The position numbers and the translations under genes are program-made. The notes under the pieces were generated by a model. That model had not been told where the DNA came from, ran no database searches, and worked only from the letters and a program-made list of their open reading frames with translations. From positions 787,101-851,100 of the forward strand of contig OZ287696.1 of the NCBI GenBank assembly GCA_965649825.1: a DNA stretch of 64,000 bases, written 5' to 3'. The stretch's first letter is position 1. Every line of letters begins with the position of its first letter. Shown here piece after piece: positions 24,454 through 34,405 of this stretch. The DNA is from Penicillus capitatus (Eukaryota; Plantae; Chlorophyta).

Positions 24454-26523
24454 ATGTGCAGCCCGCGGCGACACAGCTTCGATTCATCATCAACGTCCGC
24501 CGTTCCGCAGTTGTTGAAGTACTCGATTCCGCGAGACGCCATCATCCTGGGGGAGAAAATCGGCCAGGGAGCGTATGGCTGGGTGCACATAGCGGAACTC
24601 CACGGCCGCAGAGTGGCGGCAAAATTCTTGCACGTGGCGAGAACCGGCGAGGAGCTCGACGACGAAACGAAAGAGAAGCTCAAGGCCGAGGCGCACCGCC
24701 TCGGTCTCAAGCGCCACGAGAACGTCGTCGCATTCAAGGGCATCTCTAATCAGCTGGGATGCATCGTCACCGAGTACTGTCCCAATCGATCACTCTACGA
24801 TGTCATGCGGGGCGAAGAGCACCAGCACCTCTTCTTGGACTTTGTCTGCCGAGTCAAGTGGCTCGAGCAGATTGCGGCGGCGATGATCTGTCTGCACCAC
24901 GAACCTCCGTGTCTTATCCATCGGGACTTGAAGCCGCTGAACATATTCCTCGACCGGCACTTTGATGCCAAGGTTGGAGACTTCGGTCTGGCATGCATCG
25001 TGGACGTCTTCCACGGTTTCGAGACGTTCTGGCCCCCATCCATGGAGAGCAGCCTGATGCTGCTCTACCAACCTCCCGAGGTCATCGAGGGGAGCATGGC
25101 CAATCCAAGGAAGATGAACTACTCGACCAAGTCGGATGTCTATTCCTACGGGGTGCTCATTCGAGACCTTCTCACTCTGACAACACATTTCGGAATAGAG
25201 GAAGGTCCGCATATGGCGGTAGAGCTCCGGGCAGCCATGAAGGCGATTAAGGATGGGAAGATGCGCCCCGAAGTTCCAGAAGACCGCTCGGAGCTTTCCG
25301 GAGAGTTTCTGCCTTGTCTGGAACCGCTCGTCACGCTCATGCATGATTGCTGCCAAAGAGATCCGAGAGGAAGACCGGATTTCAAGACGGTCCACGAGCG
25401 GATCAGCGGGATTCGCGAAGATCTCAGGAGAGAAATGCAGTCCAGGGAGACTTACCAGAAATGCACACACAAGTGTGCGATCGTCACCGTGGCGAGCTGC
25501 ATCCTTGTCCTGGCCATCGCATTGCTTGCATGCTATGCCGTCAAGGATCTAATCAGATCTGGCGGACGCTTCTCTCCGGAAAGTACAGGGGCATGTATCG
25601 TGGCAGGCATCGTCTTTGCCCTCCTCTCGACAGCCTTAGTCTATAGAGGTCGGGAATGGTACAAGCGAGCTCAGAAGGAGAAGAAGAAAACGGCCATGCG
25701 TCAGTCCCTGTCGGCAGGAGGGGTGCGTAAACAGGCGAAGGGAAAGAACGGAAACAGAAGAATCAGAGTGGCGAAGACGAAGAATCCGCCCGTCAGTCCA
25801 TTCTCTTTTGCAACTGGTCAGTCGTTCTCTTGCTGCTCGATGGCCGTCGACGAGGATGCCGAGAAGCACAAGCTCCCGGTGAACTGGATGGAGATCTGCA
25901 GAAGGCTTGTGGATGAACTGCCCGCTTCATCGACCTGCGAGACCGTGCAGGCGGTTCGCGAGTTCTGTCTGCGACATCTTGTCTCTGAACAGGTCACCCG
26001 ACAGAGCTGGCGAGAGGACTTCGTAAAGTACTGTCTGACGAGTCAAGCCGTGATGGAGACCTCCGCATGGAAGCTGTACGAGACGGCTCTCCGTATCCCG
26101 CTGGACGTCACGATCGACATTCCTTCGGATGTCAGGATGCCTGTCTCGCCTCCATCCACGCCTCTTTCGGCGGCGTCTTCAGATCCGTTTGCCGCTGGAC
26201 CCAGTGCGCCTCTGGCCATTCCAAGCAAGTCGCCGTCTCTCGCAACGAGGATTCCCGACAGAAAGGCGATAGAGATGTCCGACGCAAACTCGGTCGATGG
26301 AGGACGCGTTCGAAACACCGAGATCGGGGAGACGCAAGGTGTGGACATGGGCAGAGGTGCTGTGCCATCCGCCACTTCCGGCAAGTGGAGCGATGTGGCT
26401 GTCCGTTCCTCGGTGTTTCGGCTGGCGAGTCGAGACGAAGCAGCAGAGGGAGATGATGCCAGCCGCGGATTCAGTTTCTGTCCTTCGAATGCGTCTACGC
26501 GATCACCCTGCTCGGAGAACTGA
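24454..26523 (+). CDS. TKL/Raf-like Ser/Thr protein kinase with two C-terminal transmembrane helices
   Basis: Intronless 689-aa ORF: GQGAYGWV, VAAK, HRDLKPLN, VGDFGLA, YQPPE, SDVYSYG; then hydrophobic CAIVTVASCILVLAIALLACYAV and GACIVAGIVFALLSTALVY. Confidence 0.88.
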   Translation: MCSPRRHSFDSSSTSAVPQLLKYSIPRDAIILGEKIGQGAYGWVHIAELHGRRVAAKFLHVARTGEELDDETKEKLKAEAHRLGLKRHENVVAFKGISNQLGCIVTEYCPNRSLYDVMRGEEHQHLFLDFVCRVKWLEQIAAAMICLHHEPPCLIHRDLKPLNIFLDRHFDAKVGDFGLACIVDVFHGFETFWPPSMESSLMLLYQPPEVIEGSMANPRKMNYSTKSDVYSYGVLIRDLLTLTTHFGIEEGPHMAVELRAAMKAIKDGKMRPEVPEDRSELSGEFLPCLEPLVTLMHDCCQRDPRGRPDFKTVHERISGIREDLRREMQSRETYQKCTHKCAIVTVASCILVLAIALLACYAVKDLIRSGGRFSPESTGACIVAGIVFALLSTALVYRGREWYKRAQKEKKKTAMRQSLSAGGVRKQAKGKNGNRRIRVAKTKNPPVSPFSFATGQSFSCCSMAVDEDAEKHKLPVNWMEICRRLVDELPASSTCETVQAVREFCLRHLVSEQVTRQSWREDFVKYCLTSQAVMETSAWKLYETALRIPLDVTIDIPSDVRMPVSPPSTPLSAASSDPFAAGPSAPLAIPSKSPSLATRIPDRKAIEMSDANSVDGGRVRNTEIGETQGVDMGRGAVPSATSGKWSDVAVRSSVFRLASRDEAAEGDDASRGFSFCPSNASTRSPCSEN

Positions 26524-29429
26524 TGGATGCGGATTCGACGAGCGAAACGCCTCTGACCTGTTCTGCTTTGCCCCACTGTGTTGTTCTAGCCTGTAGCAGA
26601 TACTCCGCCTTCGTTTTCATCGTCTTTTATGCTATTTTCAGTGATCGATTCAGCTTCTTCGTATACTCATCTATTTACTGCGCTACACGCTTAAACACTC
26701 TCTTTGCATTGCATTTGTGCTTTTCAATTTCATGCAAACTGTGGTCTCGTGGCTTTCATCTGTTGTCATTGCTCAGAAGGCAGCAGCCTACCAGAGCAAT
26801 TACCAAAGCAATGATGCAAACTTAATAATTGTCGAATAGATGGTCGACGAGGAAAGACTCTTTGCGGTAACATTTCTTTCGAATATCCATTTTCCAGAGA
26901 TTATTGCGTTGATTAGTCCGTGGGACAGATGTGTCATGCAGGAAACACGTTTCCGTATCGAGCACTTGGATTGTCGAATTGCATGGCGTCATCATTGTTC
27001 CTAGGCGTTAAGTTTTCGCACTTCAGTAATCACCTGTTGACGCCGATCGCATCAGCCAACAAACGAGAGCAAACTTGTCTTCGTGTATGTAATACACGTG
27101 ACTCCAATCGTCTTGCCACGTCGGTGACATCGACGTTCGGATAGTCGCTGCCATCAGACGAGCGTTCAAATGTCGTTCCGGCTATCTCAAATCCGACGCG
27201 CGGTACGCGGAGACGCATAGACCTCTTTGTCGTTGTCGGAGCGAACGACAAGCGATCGTACAGGCCTCCTCAGAGAAATCTGTCGAAAAACAGCAACGAG
27301 GACTGGAGAAAGGCGGATTACCCAAAGGAGATGACGCCCTGAAAGTGAGGCGGCAGAGATGTCGCTCGATGCGTTGAATGGCGCAGAAGCAGTCAGTTGA
27401 CGCCATCTGATCTATCGAACAATGGTTCCTGGAGGCTTTGCGCTCTACGGCCTCCTGTGACTGTGGTTCTCTGGAGTTCACGCTGTTCTTGTATGATCCG
27501 TTCGTCTCTGTAAAGGTCTTCCGCGTACCTCCTCTGTTGTACTACGCTCGAACTGCGAAGTCGCCAAGGCAGAACGAAAACGACGCGTTCGTCATTCCAG
27601 TGCGCGCTCTCTTCTTTGCCTTGAAAAGCTGCGCGGACTGTTATACACTTCTCAGACGGTAGATAGCGTCCACGCTGAATCCTGCGAGCTCACTGTGTAG
27701 ACAACTTCGAAATGGCGATTGTTCGTCGCGCGCCCCCTTTTCAGAGTGCATCGTCTGCTGTGGATGAAAAGCAGCGACGTTTTCATGTTTTACCATGGCC
27801 GACGTACCGTCGCCGTTCTGAGAGACATTCGACCTTTTGCTGGTTCGAATCGACTTGCAGCTGGAAGAGCGACCTATAACTGCCTAAGAGTCTGTCTGGC
27901 GCATCGACGGGGCTCTCGGCTTTCACTCTCCTATCGCTACTTCTTCGACGCAGCCTCCTCAAGTCTATTTCATGCGTAGGCACGTACGTCTCTAACATCT
28001 CAGGCACGGCACGGATCTCTGGAAATCGAGTGCAAGACACTCGGACAGAAGCCTGGCACGGTAATGTTAGGAGACAATCAAGAGTGCGGCACATAACGAG
28101 ATGAGCAGTTGTCGGCGGTCACACATCGCGACGTGCTAGGTGAGTTTAGGAAACCTAAATCGACGGCGCCTGCTCGGGGTCGGCGTCGTGTTGTCTGTCG
28201 GCGACAACGAATGCGCTGAAGAGATCCGTGGATTCCCGAAGTCTTCGATCAGAAGACGGTGACGAGCTTAACGACGACATGCGTCCTGCAACAGCCTCCG
28301 CAGCAATCACGAAGAAGTCGGAGATTAAGCGTTCTGTCGTTAAATTGCAATTCGCGTGCATGCAACGTAACGGAAACGGAGATTGACTGTTTAAACAATG
28401 TTTGTAAATGTCACTCTTCTGAAAAGTGTGTTGCACTAAGAAAAAGTGTTAGAAGTGTGTTGCACAGCGAACCAGCGTAACGATGGGGGCTTAAAGACAC
28501 TTGCAAAATATCACTCTTTTAAATAGTGTGATGTCCAGTGAAAAGGTGTTAGAATGGCGGTGCACAGAAGAACAGATGTTCACCCCGCCACAAAGTCTGC
28601 AAGCAAAGAAAGAGTGAGAGACCTGTGTGTTAGAGATGGAATGACTTACGGTCGGCGAGCGGCGCCTCGCAATGCGGCGCGGGAGGTCACCCCGAACGAA
28701 CGCTGGCTCCGATTCCAGTCAGGGTGCGCGAGGAGAACGAAATGCAACTGATGGTCGACTAGTAGGAGGTAGTCGTGCCACTCTCGATGCAGCGACGCGC
28801 AGCGCGGACATGCAGGAAAGGGGTCCAGACATGAAAGAAGGAAAGGGGACCCATGAAAAAACAAACATGAAAGGGAAACAACAAAAACACAGAACAGACA
28901 CTTGCAGGCAGGTAAGCAAACAAGCAGGAAAGGAAAATCAACAGTAAACTCACAAGGAAAAAGCATGAAACAGGTAAGCAGCAGAGGATGAGAACACAAA
29001 AAAGGTAAAGACGACAAAAAGAAAGCAGGGGAGACACACAAGAGACACCCGGGAGGGAAGAGAGATGAAAAAACACGGTCCCGGGTGTCTGAGAGCAGCA
29101 CGATACCGCCGTTCATCGGCAGTATACACCCGCCTGCCTCTTGTGCGCGACCCCGAAAGGCGGGCAGGTCGCCAAGGCCCTGCCCGCTGGTGCCGCGAAG
29201 GGTGGTCGAAGCCGCTGCCTCGGGGTGGAGAAGCAGCGACACATCGCTGGTGTGCGGATGCCGGATGCGGTGCTCTGATGCTCTGGATCTGGAGCCGGAT
29301 GTTCTTCATGCTTCAATCATGCTGGTTGCAGGCCACAAAGTTACGATGCTCTGACCGCTCTGTCAGTCTGTCATCCCGAGTCTATCATTCAACTACATGT
29401 CAACGATGAACAGAGATGGGTAGTCAGTC

Positions 29430-32300
29430 TTACCTCTTTTTAGGTGGATTGTCGTTAGGTCTCTGCTTTGTCGGCGACAGAAATGCGTAATGAGACAGAC
29501 CACTTCGACTGGCCATGAGTCCATAGTAGCAAGAATGAGCTGACAGTGTTCTTCGCGAGCTGGTGAACTTGGTCAGGCCTCCAAGCTTTGTCTCTCCGGT
29601 CCTTGGAGACCACCGGCTTTGATTCCTGTCCTCCTTTGTCCAATGAAGACCATTTGAATCTGTTGATGACTGGAGGAGTTCTTATAACGGTCTCTTCCTC
29701 GAACCGTGTACGCTGGGATGTGTCTCTTTAGCAGAGAATAATGATCCGTCTAATGCACATGGACTGTGACATCGTTTAGAGAGGAGAGGGAGTGATAAAT
29801 GGCTAACCTGTAGGTTGCATCCTTTGAGTAGGCACTGTTGATGTCTGAAACAGTCTAAGACCTCACTGGTTTCTGTAGTCTTGATCCACAACAGGTTTCG
29901 TTGACGATTCGCTTTGTACACAGATCGGCATCTCCTTTCCAGTGGTATCGGTAGTGGGGAAAGATGTCCAGTCTGCTGCAGGCTGTTGGCAGTCAAGTGA
30001 ACAACCTATCGTCATCTGGCAGAGAAGCCCTGGCTGGATTAAGTAACGTCACTTATCCCAGTTGGATGTGTTGCGTCACACTTCGACAGACTTTTCCCGT
30101 TCTCTGTCAGAACATGATCAAACGAGCACTAAGACTTAAAGTGTGACCTCATTGAGGGTGGTACGTTTTCTTCTGGGCGTCTGGGAATTCGAGCATGGAT
30201 ACGGCTAGTGTAGATTCTGTCAGTGTGCTTTGGAGGTTATATCAATACGAAGCTTCACACGCCATTCATGAAGTACCACAGTGCCATCATGCCACCCACT
30301 TTGCTTCGACACTTGATGGACACCTTATCTTGCCTTGATAGAGGCATAGCCTTCTCCTCGACAACAGTACCCCTATCTTTGAAAGGGCCTGGGAAACATC
30401 ATTCAACCATAAGAGTCGTTTCAATGACCTCACCTGTGAGGTGGAGAATTGTTGTCTTTTCATCAAGGCTTCTTGAGTTGTGCTTTTCAGGTGCATTCGG
30501 AATGAACTGCATGCCTGCCAGTCAGCACACATCGAATTCTGGGCAAGTGTGGCATCTCCGGACTGTCGAATGCTTTCTCTTGCAGCGATCACTCTCGGAA
30601 GTCAATCCAGCTCTGCCGGGATGAATGGCAGTGTTGTCGAAGAAACTGCGCTTGTTTCACTTGGATGCATCCTTCCATGGATCAACTGGATTCCTTACGC
30701 TCTGGCAAGAGCCACTGCTTCATCTTGGCAATTTTGAACAGACGGTTGTCGTTTTATGTTTTCTGAGAACATCAAGAGTGACTCTGAGAGGCTTTTTAGT
30801 CGTGATTTCCAGAATCTTTTGCGAAGAGCTTTCATGACAATGACACAGGCAAGTTCAGAGAAGTGTGACATCTTCAAACCGGCTGGCGGAATGCTTGTTG
30901 TTGCAAGGTCACTCACTCCAAATGCAATTCACCTCCTCTGCAAGGTGCAGAATGCCATTGTCGCCGGAAGGAACGTCCTGTTTTCCTTGGATGGATGCTA
31001 CTGTGCATCAGCTGGGTTCCTTGCGTCCCAGCCAGATCAAATCTCACGTACTCGCCTTGGCAGTCAGATGGCTTTTTATTCGCATTCTCTGAGAGGATCA
31101 AGGATGACTCTGGCAGTCTTCTCCGAACGTCCTTTCCAGATTTTATCATAAGATCTCTCGCGTCGGTCACACAAAGGAACTCTCTGAGGGAGCGTGACAT
31201 CTTCAAACTGGGGTAAGGCGTGTCCTCGCAGAGACCACTCCCAAAAGCGACCCAGTTTCTCCGCGGAGTGCTGAATGCCCGGTACGTCAAGCAAACTGCG
31301 CGCGTTGTCCTCAGGTGGACGCCTCCGTGCATGATGCCAGATTCCATGGGTCCCGGCGAGATCGACTGCCCTTCTGGTTCTGACCTTGAGCAGCTGGTTT
31401 CTGTTTCCTCGGAGAGAGTCAAGGATGACTCAAGGCAGACTCCTCCGAACATGCTCTCCAGATTTCTTGGTTGTACTCGACACAGGTCAGCACAACGGAT
31501 TCTGCTCGCACATGATGTCCTCGGGGCAGAACAGGCTTCGGTTCCTGATAGATCTCAACTTTCGAGCTCAATCGATCCAGGCACGCTATCAAATACCAAA
31601 GCTTCAGTTGTTGAAGAGCGTCAGCTGCATGTAGACGAACGTTTCCATGCATCTCGCTCGATCCCGAAACACGTCGGCGAAATCTACTCCAGCCTCATGC
31701 AGTGAAGACCGGTTCTGCTTCGCCTTAAGATCGCTTCTCAATACCAGGTATCTTGCTCTCTTCTGCAGATGTGTGATCACATGCTCGCTCGACTGGATTC
31801 TCTTGTTATGAAGTTCTTCATGTCTTGCAAGTGCACAAATCGGATCCTTGCTTTGAACATTCTCTGTGTTAGCTAACTCAAAACGCATTCAGAAAACACG
31901 ACAGGCCTTACTGTAAAGGATTCAACGAATAACTGTCCATGTCGGTCGTTCAGCAGCCAGAGGTGTGTTCCAGAATAGAGCCTCTGTTCGAAAGACAGCC
32001 TCTCTTCACATCCATTCAGCACAGATCTCTTCACTCTCCTTTGTCGGTAAGTGTGCTGTAATCCACGCGGTCCTTTGTTACACTCAATGCTTTCTCGGTC
32101 ATTGTGATTCGCAGCTGTCCATTCACTGATAAACAGAAACGAGGTTCAGATTCCAACAGAATTCCAAAGAATGCTTCACGGCTTCCGAAAGACCAAAGTC
32201 TATGCAAACTTGTTTGCTTCTTATGACCAGTCTACATTGGCAAATGAGTCAGGGATCTGAAAGTGAACAAAGAACGACTCACTTTATTCATGTCATTGGA
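29430..32300 (-). mobile_element. decayed non-LTR retrotransposon (APE endonuclease + RT, RTE-like) relic, copy 1
   Basis: Stop- and frameshift-riddled peptides RSKQVCIDFGL (~32200, EN IDY motif), GQLRI...RVDYSTLTD (~32110) and GQESKPVVSK (~29630, RT GLxINxxK-like); homologous to the relic at 46.9-49.6 kb. Confidence 0.5.
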
Positions 32301-32439
32301 CACAGTCCGAATAGCACTTCCTCGGTGTAGCGTTTAAGACGACATTCCATTTGTCTCGTCTTGCAGCATGTAATACTGGGACAGAAAATCGAGAAGAGGA
32401 AAGGGCTTTCTTTCAGCAGCACATACAAACAGGACACTC

Positions 32440-33080
32440 CAGCCTCCATTCACGGCAGAACAAATAGCAGGAAACAGCAGACTCCAGGTAGTGAACGGCA
32501 AATAGAACCATGACAACCACAAAGATCAAGACAGCAGGCAGGGCCAACACCACAAATGGAGCAAAACAGCCTCCATGCAGCAAAATAGCAAACCAGACCA
32601 TGACAGCTTTCATCCACAATGAGATAGTGGATCGGACGACAGCCTCCATGCAGGAAAGTAAGAGATCTGACAATGACAGCCTCAAGGCACAGCAAGATCG
32701 CAAGTCAAACGACAGCCTCCGTCCACAGCAAAACGTCAGTGGAATAATGACAGCTTCAAAGACAGCCAGAAAGTAGAGCAAACCATAAAAAGCTCCAGCG
32801 GCAAAACAGCAAAGCAGACGACAGCGGCCTCAGTCCACAACAAACGTTAGCTAGAATCATGACAGTCTCCATGCGCAGCAAAGTAACAAATCGGTCGATA
32901 ACAGCCTCGAACGATCAAGTCAGCAAGCAGAACCAAGACACCTCAATGGTGTACAACAAGAACTCAAACAGCCACAGCCTCCGTGCAGCAAAGTAACTGT
33001 TCACACGACCACAATCTCCACCCACAGTAAGACATCAAAAACACTCAAATCTCCACAGCCAGGATAACCATGAACAAGCC
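32440..33080. repeat. degenerate ~33-36-bp minisatellite (core ATGACAGCCTCC...CAGCAA)
   Basis: Recurrent GACAGCCTC motif with an A/C-rich spacer; paralog at ~50480-50900. Confidence 0.65.
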
Positions 33081-33169
33081 AACCACAACAAAGCGAAGGT
33101 GAATTGGCAGGAAAACGGCAAAAACAGAAAACAGCCCCATAACTTTTTATTTTTTTTTTTCATTTTTTA

Positions 33170-33266
33170 GGTCACACTTTCCAGAGTGTGACCTCATTAT
33201 TTATTTTTTTTTTTGTTTTTTTAGTTTTTTTTTTCAAAAAAATATCACACAGAAAAAGTGTGATAT
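33170..33266. other. two perfect 9-bp dyads in an AT-rich island (GGTCACACT-N6-AGTGTGACC; ATATCACAC-N7-GTGTGATAT)
   Basis: 33170-33193 and 33242-33266; both arms identical in the paralog at 50991-51014 and 51058-51082. Confidence 0.85.
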
Positions 33267-33429
33267 GTGTGAAAAGAAAAACTTTTATTTCTTTTTAAAT
33301 TTTTTCCTACCCCCGGGAAAACAGCAACCAAAGTGGAAAAAAATGCCCCTCCCTCACAGAGAAAAATCCGGGATGAAAACCTACACAAAAATCAACAATA
33401 AGAGAGAATAGGAAAGGATGAGACTTACA

Positions 33430-34405
33430 CATTCGCCGGAGAGAAAGGATGGGCGTGGCGGGATAGCACCTGGATGGGCGTGGAAGGAGAATAACGAGGG
33501 GCGTGGAAGGAGAATAACGAGGGGCGTGGAAGGAGAATAACGAGGGGCGTGGAAGGAGAATAACGAGGGGCGTGGAGGGAAAGGAGGAGGATGAGAAGGG
33601 ACAGAAAAAAGGTAAGGACGGGGAGGAAAGATAGGGTGTCGGAGGGAGTATTTAAAGACCCGTGGCCAAATTGGCGGACGGGAGGAAGGGAGGGAGAGAA
33701 AGAAGGGGCGAGAAGGAATGAGGGGAGGAGGGGAGGAGGGGAGGCAGGAATACAGTAAACTTGAGGTCGCGGGGGGAAGAGAGGAGGCCTATCAGGCTGT
33801 GGAGAGGGAGTGGAAAGTCTTGGCTGTGGAGCAGGAGACGGGGACGGGGACCACTCCATCGAGGCATGAGGCTGGGTGGGCTGCGCTATGGCAGCAGGCG
33901 GCTGTGTGGCCGGCGGCGGCATTGCAGGAGACGGCTGCGATGTGGCTGGTGGCGGCTGGCTAGGCCGTGAGGAGGGAGGCTGTGCAGGCGGCGGAGACGT
34001 GGATGCTGAAGGATACGGCGGCTGCGAGGTCGGAGGTGGATTGCACGCAGGTGGCTGTAGGTGTGCCTACAGAACACAGACCTGTTAGGAGATTTAGGGC
34101 AAAAGAGAGGTTTGCTTACCTCTCCACCTCCGATGTCCATGGAGGACTGGCCCTCTTGGGCCAGTCGCTCTCTCCGCTGCTCGGCGGAGAGGACCCTCGC
34201 CCGCCGTCCCTGCCGAGGCTGCTCGGTTTGGCCCCTATTGGGGCCGAACCGAACAGGAGGGGCCTGCTGCAGAAGCAGATCCTGGCCCCTCTGAGCAGTC
34301 GTCTGGGCCTTTAAGGCCCAGAACAACTGCTCACGCTCGGCCGTCCCCATGTTGCGGAACGCTCTGGGCGGATTGTTGCCCCGTACCTCTCCCAGCGTCA
34401 CCTCT
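33430..34405 (-). CDS. orphan spliced exons (AEREQLFWALKAQ...GGGE exon plus Pro/Ser-rich exon); gene limits unknown, possibly partly decayed
   Basis: Peptide and GTAAG donors (~34118, ~33429) conserved in the paralog at ~51240-52105; the Pro-rich exon has a frameshift between copies. Confidence 0.35.
33476..33577. repeat. 23-bp tandem repeat GGGCGTGGAAGGAGAATAACGAG x4 plus partial
   Basis: Period 23 (33481, 33504, 33527, 33550); only one unit in the paralog (~51287). Confidence 0.92.
34223..34332. other. cluster of three GC-rich hairpins, copy 1
   Basis: TCGGTTTGGCCCC-TATT-GGGGCCGAACCGA; AGGGGCC...GGCCCCT enclosing CTGCT-N5-AGCAG; GAGCAGTCG-TCTGGGCCT-TTA-AGGCCCAGA-A-CAACTGCTC. Confidence 0.8.

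Noticed and set aside
27842-27851. GGTTCGAATC, a tRNA T-loop-like sequence
   Set aside because: No T-stem or cloverleaf; altered in the paralog (AGTTCGAATC at ~45321)
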